Shown here: one piece after another, positions 15,564-24,790 of the stretch | How the letters are laid out: each line of letters begins with the position of its first letter | How positions within the stretch are numbered: the stretch's first letter is position 1 | Assembly: GCF_900167395.1 (NCBI RefSeq) | Contig: NZ_FUWK01000033.1 | Span: 864 to 32,863 of the forward strand | From: Nitrosomonas europaea | Lineage (GTDB): Bacteria > Pseudomonadota > Gammaproteobacteria > Burkholderiales > Nitrosomonadaceae | Reading direction: 5' to 3' | Length of the DNA: 32,000 bases | Notes under the pieces: model-generated | Told to the model about the DNA's origin: nothing | Database searches by the model: none | The model's input: only the letters and a program-made list of their open reading frames with translations | Translations under genes and position numbers: made by a program

Positions 15564-16255
15564 CAGTTTTGCTCCTGCACAGCAAGGCGATAGCCGACAC
15601 ATCGAAGTGTGTGCAGCAGTTTTTCTTCCTGCTCTCCGTCCACAGCTCGCCGGAGTTCATACATATGTGAGCGGAGCACATTGCCTTCCGGTGGCTCGTC
15701 ACCCCAAAGCGTTTCTTCGAGTTCAGGACGAGAAACGACTGACGGGCTTGCGCGCATCAGTACTTCCAGAAGCCGTCGCTCACTTGCGGACAGTTGTATC
15801 TGCCGTGATCCGCGCCATATATGCTGAGTATCCAGATCGAATGAAAGGTCGCCCACAGTGAGCTTGCGCCTTCTGCCACGACTTCGGGCAAGCAGCGCTT
15901 CGATACGCACCTCAAGCTCTGCGAACGCGAATGGTTTAATCAGGTAGTCATCCGCACCTGCTCTGAATCCGGAAATTTTGTCATCGAGATCGTCGCGAGC
16001 GGTCAGCATGAGGATGGGTATATGGCAGTCCCGTGCACGCAGAGCGCGGATGACATCTACTCCTTCCTTCGTTGGCAGCCCCCAATCGATGATCAGCGCA
16101 TGGTAATTCCCCTGCTGTGCAAGCGTAAGACCAGCAAGACCATCCTGGGCTGCATCCAGCAGGTATCCCCGCGGTTCCAGGTAGGCAAAAAGGTTGGCAA
16201 CGAGGCTGGCATTATCCTCGAGGATGAGAATACGGGCTTGAAAAGAAGGATTCAT
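15563..16255 (-). CDS. OmpR/PhoB-family response regulator.
   Basis: Receiver domain ILILEDN...LIIDWGLP...LMLTAR...K. Winged-helix C-terminus with TLRCVGYRL. Confidence 0.93.
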   Translation of the reverse strand: MNPSFQARILILEDNASLVANLFAYLEPRGYLLDAAQDGLAGLTLAQQGNYHALIIDWGLPTKEGVDVIRALRARDCHIPILMLTARDDLDDKISGFRAGADDYLIKPFAFAELEVRIEALLARSRGRRRKLTVGDLSFDLDTQHIWRGSRQIQLSASERRLLEVLMRASPSVVSRPELEETLWGDEPPEGNVLRSHMYELRRAVDGEQEEKLLHTLRCVGYRLAVQEQN

Positions 16256-16403
16256 GGTTTATTTCAGACGTTGCTGACAAAACGACGACATTTCGGTTTG
16301 TATCATAGCAAAAACACGAACGATTTCTGTTTATATTCATAGTGCCATACGGTAGAGAGTGCCGTGGGCTGATTGTACCGTGCGAGTGTGGAGGGGATAA
16401 ATA

Positions 16404-16982
16404 ATGGGTTCCAGAGCGGGTCATCCTTGTTCTTTGAAGTTGCAGGCAGCGGGTTTGCGCTCCACATCCACACGATTGAGCATACTGAAAGTCCTGGAGG
16501 CTGATTCGCAAAGATGGATTGAAGGTGAGGCGATCTTCAGGGAACTGATTGCACGCGGGACGACCATCAGCCTGGCAACTGTATATCGTGCGCTCAAGGA
16601 TCTCGATCATCGCGGGGTGCTGTTACGTGAATGGCGCGTCGGGGCCAGTGGTGGAAAGGCTGTCTACAGGTTGAGCTCGCATGATTTGCAAGATCGTAAA
16701 GGAGCCATCGTATGTCGTCAGTGTGGAGCCAGTGTGCCTATGGACGATTCTGTATTACTGCATGAACACCTGAGACAACTCGCTTCCAGGCATGGTTTTG
16801 TCCTGACGGAACAGCCCGTGACGATTCATATGACCTGTGGTCGTTGTGCAGGGGCGTCAGACAAAAAGGCTCTTCATGAAAAGAATACTTCTCCGACACT
16901 TCAACATTCCATGCCATTACTCCCTGCCAGGCGCCGAAAGAATAAGGCATCTGATGTGACCTGGCCAATTGAGTGCGAGTGA
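16404..16982 (+). CDS. Fur-family metalloregulator paralog, atypical (no HHDH motif, ~45-aa C-terminal extension).
   Basis: N-terminal winged helix LRSTSTRLSILKVLE...ISLATVYRALKDLDHRGVL. Two CxxC pairs (CRQCG, CGRCAG). SHD replaces the canonical HHDH. SD GGAGGGG upstream. Confidence 0.8.
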   Translation: MGSRAGHPCSLKLQAAGLRSTSTRLSILKVLEADSQRWIEGEAIFRELIARGTTISLATVYRALKDLDHRGVLLREWRVGASGGKAVYRLSSHDLQDRKGAIVCRQCGASVPMDDSVLLHEHLRQLASRHGFVLTEQPVTIHMTCGRCAGASDKKALHEKNTSPTLQHSMPLLPARRRKNKASDVTWPIECE

Positions 16983-17109
16983 AATGAACAGCCAAAATGA
17001 AGGGGCGTATGTGCTATACATTTTTCCGGTATTCCCGGCAGCAGGGAGGGGCATCACACCCGATCCAGCGGATGGGCACGATTCAAAAACAGGAGTATTC
17101 AGATGAAAA

Positions 17110-17144
17110 AACAATGATTGTCACCTGATTGATACTCATATTTT
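17110..17144 (+). promoter_or_regulatory. Weak Fur-box-like AT-rich sequence upstream of the TonB-dependent receptor.
   Basis: AACAATGATTGTCACCTGA matches the 19-bp Fur consensus at only about 10 of 19 positions. The adjacent TGATTGATACTCATA is also poor. Confidence 0.2.
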
Positions 17145-17214
17145 CTTTGTATTTACTATTTTTATAACAAAAATTTGGTTTTCAACCAATTATTTAACTT
17201 AAGGGAGATTGAAA

Positions 17215-19434
17215 ATGGCAAAGGTGTCTTCTCGTTCATGGGGGATATTCCCGATCAGGCCGGTTGTATCTGCATTGACACTGGCTTTTGGTGGGATGGC
17301 AGGTGCAAATGCAAGTGAGCCTGTGCCGCTACCTGAAATCAAGGTCAAATCAGGGAAAACCAGTGAAAGAAGCAATGAATACAAGGTAGATAAATCTGCC
17401 AGTCAGAAATTTACCGCTCCGCTCATTGATACACCCAAATCGATCACTGTCATTACCGATGAAGTCATCAAGGATAGCGGTTCGCTGACGTTCCAGGATG
17501 CGCTGCGGACCACACCGGGGATTACTTTCGGTAGTGGTGAAGGGGGTATTGCGTCAGGTGATCGCCCGTTCATTCGTGGATTCGACGTTTTTTCATCGAT
17601 TTATGTGGATGGTTTACGCGATCTCGGTACTCAGACACGTGAAATCTTCGCAGTCGAGCAGATGGAAGTACTGAAAGGCCCGAGCGGTAGTTTTGACGGT
17701 AGAGGTTCTGCAGGGGGTAGTATCAATATCGTCACCAAGCAGGCGCGGGCAGGCAACTTTTTCAAGGGTTCTGCCGGGCTCGGTACCGAAAAATTCAAGC
17801 GCGGGACAATCGATGGTAATTATACGATTGGGGAAAATGTTGCTGTCCGTCTGGTAGGAATGGCACACAAAGCGGATACCCCGGGACGTGATGGCGTCGA
17901 TGTTGAACGCTGGGGGTTGATGCCTTCCATTACTCTGGGACTGAATACCGCGACCAGTGCTACCTTCAGCTGGTATCACTTTGAAACGGATGATAAGTCG
18001 GACTGGGGAATTCCGTTCATTCAGAATACTGCAAATGGCGGCATTCCGGAAGGGAAGCCGGTGGGTTCCAGAAGCGCCTGGTATGGTGTTAAGGGCCGGG
18101 ATTTTCAGGATACTTCAGCCGATATCGGTACATTCAAAATTTCACATGCATTCAGCGATAATCTGGTCGTGCGCAATACTACGCGCTATAGCATCACGAC
18201 CAATGAATTCTTCGTCGGTCGCCCTAACATCAGCAGTGCTGATTTTGCAGCGGGCCTTGTGAACAGGGACGCTACGAGAAACCGTGGCACCAGAACCGAG
18301 ACGGTTGCCAACCTGACGGATGTATCGTTCATCTTTGATACCGGGTTCATCAAACATAGTTTGAATGCCGGTTTCGAAGTCAGTTGGGAAGATTACCGGA
18401 ATCGCACTTATGCCGGTGGTGCGATTATCAACCCGGCTGATCGTCTAACGCCGCTGGGTAATCCTGATTCATCAGTTGCGTTCGATCCCGTCACCCGCAA
18501 CGCGTATCCCAGTGCGGAAATAGAAGCTCATAATAAATCGGCTTATATATTCGATAGTATGGAGCTGACAGAAAAAATACTGTTCAATGCCGGTATTCGA
18601 TTTGATAATTATCAGGTCGATTTACAGAATCGCAATGCCAGTACCGGTGCCAATACGACTTCTTTCAAGCAAAACAAAAGTTTCTTCAATTATCAGGTAG
18701 GGGCTGTTTATAAGATGCAGCCCAATGCGAATATTTATGCAGCCTTTGCCACATCTTCTTCACCTGTCGGTTTGTCCATGGGAGATTTCGGTTATGCGGG
18801 CGGTGATCTAAATGCTAATACAGAAAGTTTGAAGCCAGAACGTACCGAAACTTATGAAGTAGGTACCAAGTGGCATGTATTGCACGATCTGGCGCTGACT
18901 GCCGCAGTGTTCCACACGATCAAAACCAATGCACGCGTCAACGTGGGCCCATCTGTTGAGAATGCAGGTAGAGCTGTAGTGAATGGTTTTGAACTTGGTT
19001 TTGCAGGGAATGTGACTGATAAGTGGAATGTATTCGGGGGGTATACCTTCCTCGATGCGGAACAGACTCGGGTAGGCGACAGCACCGATCAGAATGCAGT
19101 GGGTTCAGCCGGCAGTAAAGGTAAACAGCTGCATGGCACTCCCAAACATGCTGCCAGCTTCTGGTCTACCTACAAGGTGTTGCCACGTGTAACGCTCGGT
19201 GGCGGGTTATTCTATACCGGCAAGGTATATGCTGATCCCAGTAACAATGGCTATCTCCCGTCCTATGTGCGTTTCGACCTGATGGCAAAATATAACATTA
19301 GCCAGAATCTGGACGTGCAGTTGAATGTTCAGAATCTGACGGACAAACGTTATTTCAATACGACCTATTTTCGCCACTATGCTATACCGGCACCGGGACG
19401 TGTTGCGTTTGTCAACCTGAACTTAAAATTCTGA
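17215..19434 (+). CDS. TonB-dependent outer-membrane siderophore receptor, catecholate (Fiu/Cir)-like.
   Basis: SD AAGGGAG lies 7 nt before the ATG at 17215. Signal peptide, then DKSASQKFTAPLIDTPKSITVIT (plug). Beta-barrel ends ...VNLNLKF. No N-terminal FecA-type signalling extension. Confidence 0.92.
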   Translation: MAKVSSRSWGIFPIRPVVSALTLAFGGMAGANASEPVPLPEIKVKSGKTSERSNEYKVDKSASQKFTAPLIDTPKSITVITDEVIKDSGSLTFQDALRTTPGITFGSGEGGIASGDRPFIRGFDVFSSIYVDGLRDLGTQTREIFAVEQMEVLKGPSGSFDGRGSAGGSINIVTKQARAGNFFKGSAGLGTEKFKRGTIDGNYTIGENVAVRLVGMAHKADTPGRDGVDVERWGLMPSITLGLNTATSATFSWYHFETDDKSDWGIPFIQNTANGGIPEGKPVGSRSAWYGVKGRDFQDTSADIGTFKISHAFSDNLVVRNTTRYSITTNEFFVGRPNISSADFAAGLVNRDATRNRGTRTETVANLTDVSFIFDTGFIKHSLNAGFEVSWEDYRNRTYAGGAIINPADRLTPLGNPDSSVAFDPVTRNAYPSAEIEAHNKSAYIFDSMELTEKILFNAGIRFDNYQVDLQNRNASTGANTTSFKQNKSFFNYQVGAVYKMQPNANIYAAFATSSSPVGLSMGDFGYAGGDLNANTESLKPERTETYEVGTKWHVLHDLALTAAVFHTIKTNARVNVGPSVENAGRAVVNGFELGFAGNVTDKWNVFGGYTFLDAEQTRVGDSTDQNAVGSAGSKGKQLHGTPKHAASFWSTYKVLPRVTLGGGLFYTGKVYADPSNNGYLPSYVRFDLMAKYNISQNLDVQLNVQNLTDKRYFNTTYFRHYAIPAPGRVAFVNLNLKF

Positions 19435-19488
19435 TGTTGTATGGCCGGCAGATAAGTATCCTGCCAGTCGGGTGAATACAAACCTGGG

Positions 19489-19527
19489 CAACCTCTGCGG
19501 GAATTTATTTCCGCAGAGGTTGTTTGG
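19489..19527 (+). terminator. Intrinsic-terminator-like hairpin between the convergent receptor and selU genes.
   Basis: 12-bp stem CAACCTCTGCGG/CCGCAGAGGTTG (19489-19500 and 19511-19522), 10-nt loop, then TTTGG. The U-tract is short. Confidence 0.55.
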
Positions 19528-19585
19528 CTGTGACCAGATGTGCCGCTATTGGGCTCAATATTGCGGGACTGCGTAATATAGAGCC

Positions 19586-20743
19586 TTATTTACGAGCCTG
19601 AAGATAATCCATTACGGCCTGCCCCGATCCTTTGAAACAGGGGTTTACGCGACGGCGCTGCAGTGATCCGAGATACAGTGGGTCGTAGTAGTATCTCACC
19701 AGTTTTTCGATCCAGATTTTGTTCGATTGAATTTCATTTTTGTTTTCAAAGTCGGATCGTGCATTTTCCAGATCTTCTGACACTTCCTGAAATCTGTCTC
19801 CTCCCAGTTTCTTACTGATTGCCTGCAAGGCACCGGCGTATTTGTCAAATAGCTGCCTTGCCTGCTGACGCAGTATTTCCCGAGTTTCAACCGTTGAAGC
19901 CAGTGGCGGGATCGCTTGCCGAATCCGTTGTGCCTGGCCGATCGGTGTAGTGAGGATGTAATCCTCAAAAATGTTATCTACTCGGGTGGCAAGGGGTTCA
20001 TCTACCCAGATGATTTCCGAATTGCGCAGATGATGGAAAAAACTGTCAGGCAAATATACTTTGCCGGTATGCCGGCTTTCATCTTCCACGATTACCGGTT
20101 CAGACAGGTTGTTTTGTTCCAGCTTGAGCAGGTTGACGGCCAGGTGGTTTTCGAAATCGATTTGTGAAGGTTGAGGAACAGACATTCCGCCGAAGGCGGA
20201 GCCGCGATGCCGGGCAAGGGCTTCGATGTCGAGGACTGGATGACTGTTGCTGATGTCGTGGATCAGCCGAGTTTTGCCGCTGCCCGTCGGCCCGGTAATC
20301 ACCAGCAGTTTACGATGTTCACTGAACCGGTCGATGGTACTGATTAAAAATTGTCTTGCCCGTTTATAACCGCCGGTGATCAGGGGGCTGTCAATACCGG
20401 TATCCCTCAGCCATTGCTGTGTGATCTGTGAACGCTTGCCCCCACGGAAACAATACAGTATGGCTCGAGGGTGCTGATGGATGAAATCGAGCCACTGCTG
20501 CAGTCGATTTTGTTTGACTGAACCCGAAACCATCTCATAGCCCAGTTTGATGGCCGCTTCAGAGCCTTGTTGCTTGTAGGTGGTGCCGACAAGGGCACGT
20601 TCCTCATCGTTGAGGATGGGCAGATTGACTGCACCGGGCAGAGATCCTTGCGTGAACTCGACGGGTGCACGTACGTCGATCAGCGGCGTATCTGCTATGA
20701 ATAAGGCCGTCAGGTCATCGATGCCGATGTCTGGATTACGCAA
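19586..20743 (-). CDS. selU: tRNA 2-selenouridine synthase (rhodanese domain plus P-loop).
   Basis: LIDVRAPVEFTQGSLPGAVNLPILNDEERALVGTTYKQQG. Rhodanese active-site loop YCFRGGKRS. P-loop GPTGSGKT. Collinear with E. coli SelU/MnmH. Probable TTG start overlapping the selD 3' end by 8 nt. Confidence 0.92.
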   Translation of the reverse strand: MRNPDIGIDDLTALFIADTPLIDVRAPVEFTQGSLPGAVNLPILNDEERALVGTTYKQQGSEAAIKLGYEMVSGSVKQNRLQQWLDFIHQHPRAILYCFRGGKRSQITQQWLRDTGIDSPLITGGYKRARQFLISTIDRFSEHRKLLVITGPTGSGKTRLIHDISNSHPVLDIEALARHRGSAFGGMSVPQPSQIDFENHLAVNLLKLEQNNLSEPVIVEDESRHTGKVYLPDSFFHHLRNSEIIWVDEPLATRVDNIFEDYILTTPIGQAQRIRQAIPPLASTVETREILRQQARQLFDKYAGALQAISKKLGGDRFQEVSEDLENARSDFENKNEIQSNKIWIEKLVRYYYDPLYLGSLQRRRVNPCFKGSGQAVMDYLQARK

Positions 20744-21785
20744 ACTGTACCGCTTTGTCTTGATGGGGGTGAACGGTTCCCACTATGACGGCAGACGGGA
20801 ACCGGGTGTGCAACGCCTGCAGCATGGTCTGACTGGTTTCGGGTGCTACACTCAGCAGCAAACCGCCGCTGGTCTGCGGGTCATGGATCAGTAGTTTATG
20901 CAGCGCATCCAGTGTTGAATCGTCGATGTGTGGTGTGGTGTATTCCGCGTTTGTCCGGTGTGCTTTGGTCAGGCAACCGTTTTCCAGGCAATGGAAAGTC
21001 TTGTCAAACCGGGGGAGGTTGCCGGTTTCGATGCACAGGGTGACATCACTGGCATTCGCCAGTTGCATGGCGTGGCCGGAAAAACCGAATCCCGTGATGT
21101 CGGTGGCAGCGTGAATGGATGCCTGTAAATCCGGCGACATGCAGTCGATAGCGTTATTGATGGCTGTCATGCTATCGAGCGCTTCGATGATGTCTTCCTC
21201 ACGCAGTTGCTGTCGTTTCACTGCGGCTGTCATGGTGCCCGTTCCCAGCGCCTTGGTCAGAATCAGATGATCTCCGGGTCTGGCGCCAGCGTTGGTCCAT
21301 ACCTGACGAGGATTGACAAACCCGGTGACCGACAGGCCAAACTTCAGGGTGTCATCGTCGATCGAATGGCCTCCAACGAAATTGGCACCAGCTTCGGCAA
21401 TCTTGTCGCTGGCGCCTTGCAGAACATCGACGATGACCTGTTCGGGCAGAGCCGCCAGCGGAAATGCCAGAATACCCATGGCTGTCACCGGTCTGCCGCC
21501 CATGGCATAAACATCGCTGAGCGCATTGGCGGCAGCGATTTCACCGAAAAGCTTCGGGGTATCGACGATTGGCGTGAAGAAATCCAACGTCTGTACCAGA
21601 GCAGTTTCTTCATTGACCCGGTAGATGGCAGCATCGTCGAAATACCGGCCATCCACCATCAGTGCGGGGTGCGCAGCTGGAAAACCGACCTGCTGCAAAA
21701 TCCGGCGCAGTTCCGTTGCTGCAACCTTGGCAGCACACCCGCCTTTCTGTACCGTCTGGGTCAGTGCAATTTTTTCTGAGGGCAT
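20736..21785 (-). CDS. selD: Selenide, water dikinase (selenophosphate synthetase), Cys-type.
   Basis: LTQTVQKGGCAAKV N-terminal glycine-rich loop with Cys, on an AIR-synthase-like fold. Start trimmed to MPSEKIALTQ (ATG 21785). Confidence 0.93.
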   Translation of the reverse strand: MPSEKIALTQTVQKGGCAAKVAATELRRILQQVGFPAAHPALMVDGRYFDDAAIYRVNEETALVQTLDFFTPIVDTPKLFGEIAAANALSDVYAMGGRPVTAMGILAFPLAALPEQVIVDVLQGASDKIAEAGANFVGGHSIDDDTLKFGLSVTGFVNPRQVWTNAGARPGDHLILTKALGTGTMTAAVKRQQLREEDIIEALDSMTAINNAIDCMSPDLQASIHAATDITGFGFSGHAMQLANASDVTLCIETGNLPRFDKTFHCLENGCLTKAHRTNAEYTTPHIDDSTLDALHKLLIHDPQTSGGLLLSVAPETSQTMLQALHTRFPSAVIVGTVHPHQDKAVQFA

Positions 21786-21982
21786 GATTGTTCGAAAGAG
21801 AAAGCGTTCTTGAGAGGAAGAAGGTATAGGGAATGAGGTTGATGTGTCAAATACTCCGGCAGTACCGGCCCATGGCAAATTCAGTGGAATTGCGGTTGTC
21901 TGCTGGCGGACTGAAACCCCATGGTCGGTGACGGTATATAATAGCGCCAGGGTTAACCTGTCTCGTTATCAATAATTCTGCC

Positions 21983-23923
21983 ATGCCACTTCTTACGCTC
22001 GACAACGCCTGCCTGGCTTTTGGTCATCATGCTTTACTCGATCATGCCGCGCTTCAACTCGACCCGGGTGAACGGATCGGGCTGATCGGGCGCAATGGTG
22101 CCGGTAAATCCAGCCTGTTACGCGTTCTGGCAGGTGAGATCAAGCTGGATGATGGACAACTGTGGGTGGCGCCAGGGATGAATGTCGCCTACATCCCGCA
22201 GGAACCGACGCTGGATGAGAGCGCATCCGTATTTGCCGAAGTGGCGCGCGGCCTGGGTACGCTGGCGCAGACTCTGCTGGATTATCATGAAGTTTCTCAC
22301 GCACTGGGAGAGGAGGGGGCGGATACCAAAGCACTGCTCGATCGCATGCAGCATTTGCAGGGAGTGCTGGAAGCCCAAAATGGCTGGAGTCTGCATCATA
22401 AGGTGGAAACAGTGATCAACCGGCTCGAACTGCCGGAAGATGCCATTGCGGGCACATTGTCAGGGGGGGCCAGAAAACGGGTGGCGCTGGCACGGGCACT
22501 GGTTGTATCGCCAAACGTGCTGTTGCTGGATGAACCCACTAATCATCTGGATTTTTCCTCCATCGAATGGCTGGAAGAAACATTGCAGAATTTTCCCGGC
22601 AGCGTGATTTTCATTACCCATGACCGGCGTTTTCTGGATAACGTGGCGACCCGTATCATTGAACTGGATCGCGGTGAGCTGAAAAGTTTTGCTGGTAATT
22701 TCTCTGCATATCAGCAAAAGAAAGCTGAATTGATGGAAGTCGAATCGGTTCATAACAGAAAGTTCGATAAGGTACTGGATCAGGAGGAAGTCTGGATACG
22801 CAAAGGCATTCAGGCCAGACGCACCCGCAACGAGGGCAGGGTAAGAAGGCTGGAAGCACTGAGATTGGAACGTGCTGCCCGGCGGGAGCGGATCGGTAAT
22901 GTCAATTTCCGGGTGGATGCCGGGCAGCATTCCGGGCAGCTGGTCGCGGAACTGGAGCATGTGACCAAAAGTTTTGGAGATAAGACCATCATTCAGGATT
23001 TTTCCTGTCGCATCATGCGGGGTGATCGTATCGGATTGCTGGGCCCCAATGGTGCTGGTAAATCTACCCTGCTGAAACTGATACTGGGCGAATTGCAGCC
23101 GGATAGCGGGATGGTTCGGCTGGGTACCCGCTTGTCCGTTGCCTATTTTGATCAGTTGCGAGAGCAGCTGAATGAAGATATGACGCTGGTCGATTCCATC
23201 AGCCAGGGCTCGGAGTTTATTGAAATCGATGGTAAGCGTAGGCATGTCATCAGTTATCTGGAGGATTTCCTGTTTCCGCCTCAGCGTGCCCGCTCACCCG
23301 TGAAATCTCTGTCCGGTGGTGAACGCAACCGGTTGTTGCTCGCTCGCCTGTTTACGCGTCCGGCCAATGTGCTGATTCTGGATGAGCCTACCAATGATCT
23401 CGATATCGAGACGCTCGAATTACTGGAAACGTTATTGCAGGACTATACCGGCACACTTTTTCTGGTCAGCCATGATCGTGCCTTCATTGATAATGTGGTT
23501 ACTCAGGCCATCGTATTTGAAGGAAACGGGCATTTGCGTGAATATGCCGGCGGCTATCAGGAATGGCTGCAATCCAGATCAGCTACGAAAGCCATCCGAA
23601 AAGAGAACAGTGATTCTCCCGTGCCGGTAGCCGGACTCGGCCAGATCAGGAAAGACAAGTCATCCCTTCCTGCCGGTTTGAGTTATCAGGAGACAAATGA
23701 GCTTGCAGCGCTGCCGGGGAAAATCGATGTACTCGAACAAGAGCAGATAGTGGTTACCCGGAAACTGAGTGATCCTGCCCTTTACAAGAATAACCATAAT
23801 GAAGCAATGGAATTGCAGGCGCGTGCTGCAGCACTGGAAAAGGAGCTTTCCCTATACTATACTCGCTGGGAGGCGCTGGAACATAAGCAGACCATGGCAG
23901 AATCAGCCCGCAAGAAGAACTAG
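21983..23923 (+). CDS. uup: ABC-F family ATPase with a C-terminal coiled-coil (Uup-like).
   Basis: Two NBDs (GRNGAGKSS and GPNGAGKST; LSGGARKR and LSGGERNR), no TM segments, charged helical C-terminus. 646 aa. Confidence 0.9.
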   Translation: MPLLTLDNACLAFGHHALLDHAALQLDPGERIGLIGRNGAGKSSLLRVLAGEIKLDDGQLWVAPGMNVAYIPQEPTLDESASVFAEVARGLGTLAQTLLDYHEVSHALGEEGADTKALLDRMQHLQGVLEAQNGWSLHHKVETVINRLELPEDAIAGTLSGGARKRVALARALVVSPNVLLLDEPTNHLDFSSIEWLEETLQNFPGSVIFITHDRRFLDNVATRIIELDRGELKSFAGNFSAYQQKKAELMEVESVHNRKFDKVLDQEEVWIRKGIQARRTRNEGRVRRLEALRLERAARRERIGNVNFRVDAGQHSGQLVAELEHVTKSFGDKTIIQDFSCRIMRGDRIGLLGPNGAGKSTLLKLILGELQPDSGMVRLGTRLSVAYFDQLREQLNEDMTLVDSISQGSEFIEIDGKRRHVISYLEDFLFPPQRARSPVKSLSGGERNRLLLARLFTRPANVLILDEPTNDLDIETLELLETLLQDYTGTLFLVSHDRAFIDNVVTQAIVFEGNGHLREYAGGYQEWLQSRSATKAIRKENSDSPVPVAGLGQIRKDKSSLPAGLSYQETNELAALPGKIDVLEQEQIVVTRKLSDPALYKNNHNEAMELQARAAALEKELSLYYTRWEALEHKQTMAESARKKN

Positions 23924-23975
23924 AAAAATAAATTTCCTTATACACAACAGGGACATAGCGATAGGCTTCATTGAC

Positions 23976-24010
23976 TAAACGACCCCCATCGTTTAAAGTT
24001 CGCTTTTTTT
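23976..24010 (+). terminator. Candidate uup terminator.
   Basis: 7-bp stem TAAACGA/TCGTTTA (23976-23982 and 23989-23995), nested within AGCGA...TCGCT, then T7 at 24004-24010. Confidence 0.45.
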
Positions 24011-24027
24011 GAGAGGAGGATGCAAAA

Positions 24028-24354
24028 GTGAAAAAGGCAGCAGCCATTAAACTACTTATCGCTTCTGGCATGATTCTGTCGTTTTCCGGCATGGCAAGTG
24101 CAGCCGGGAATACTGATTCGGTCCAGAGCAAAATTGTCATGTGCCAAGGCTGTCATGGTATAGAGGGATATCGTACTGCGTACCCACATGTTTATCATGT
24201 GCCAAAACTGGGTGGACAGCATTCAGCTTACCTGGTCAAAGCACTGAAAGATTACAGATCCGGAGAGCGTAACCATCCAACCATGGTTGGTATTGCAGGG
24301 ACACTTTCCGATGAGGATATCGATGCGTTGGCTGCTTATTACGCCGGTAATTGA
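24028..24354 (+). CDS. Monohaem class I cytochrome c (cytochrome c4 half-like).
   Basis: GTG start with SD GAGGAGG. Signal peptide ...GMASAAG. CQGCH haem site. LGGQHSAYLVKALKDYRSGER...M axial-Met region. Confidence 0.85.
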   Translation: MKKAAAIKLLIASGMILSFSGMASAAGNTDSVQSKIVMCQGCHGIEGYRTAYPHVYHVPKLGGQHSAYLVKALKDYRSGERNHPTMVGIAGTLSDEDIDALAAYYAGN

Positions 24355-24387
24355 TTACTCTTCTTAATCCAGGGGGATATAAACAAC

Positions 24388-24714
24388 ATGAAAAGCTATT
24401 TGGTGGCCGCAGTCAGCGGGTTGATATTTTTTTTATCGGGACAGGTAAGCGCAGCAGATATTGAAGCCGGGAAAAAGAAAGCAGAGGAGATATGCTCATC
24501 CTGTCACGGTCTGGATGGCAACAGTCCGGTGCCAATGTTTCCGAAAATTGGCGGCCAGCCCAGAACCTACATCGAGAAAGTATTGAAAGATTACAAATCA
24601 GGGGTACGTAAGGATCCGGTCATGGCTGGTATGGCAGCTGCCTTGAGTGCGGAAGATATCGACAATCTGGCGTTTTACTATTCCAGCCAGTCAGGATTAC
24701 AAGTCAAGCGGTAA
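24388..24714 (+). CDS. Monohaem class I cytochrome c (cytochrome c4 half-like), paralog of the preceding gene.
   Basis: Signal peptide ...SGQVSAAD. CSSCH. IGGQPRTYIEKVLKDYKSGVRKDPVM. Same 108-aa length as the preceding gene. Confidence 0.85.
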   Translation: MKSYLVAAVSGLIFFLSGQVSAADIEAGKKKAEEICSSCHGLDGNSPVPMFPKIGGQPRTYIEKVLKDYKSGVRKDPVMAGMAAALSAEDIDNLAFYYSSQSGLQVKR

Positions 24715-24745
24715 AACCGCTTCCGTTATTTATACGGAGGCTGAG

Positions 24746-24790
24746 AAGCGGAGTGTGTCCCGGGGTCGGGTACATTCCGCTTTTTTATTT
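24746..24790 (+). terminator. Intrinsic terminator after the cytochrome pair. It overlaps the 3' end of the convergent DUF1841 gene.
   Basis: 11-bp stem AAGCGGAGTGT/ACATTCCGCTT (one G-T pair), GC-rich loop, then TTTTTATTTGTTT. Confidence 0.6.

Noticed and set aside
17209-17214. TTG start two codons upstream of the receptor ATG.
   Set aside because: The AAGGGAG SD is spaced correctly for the ATG at 17215, not for the TTG at 17209.
22460-23245. 261-aa minus-strand ORF.
   Set aside because: It is antisense to the ABC-F ATPase gene, which has both Walker and signature motifs.
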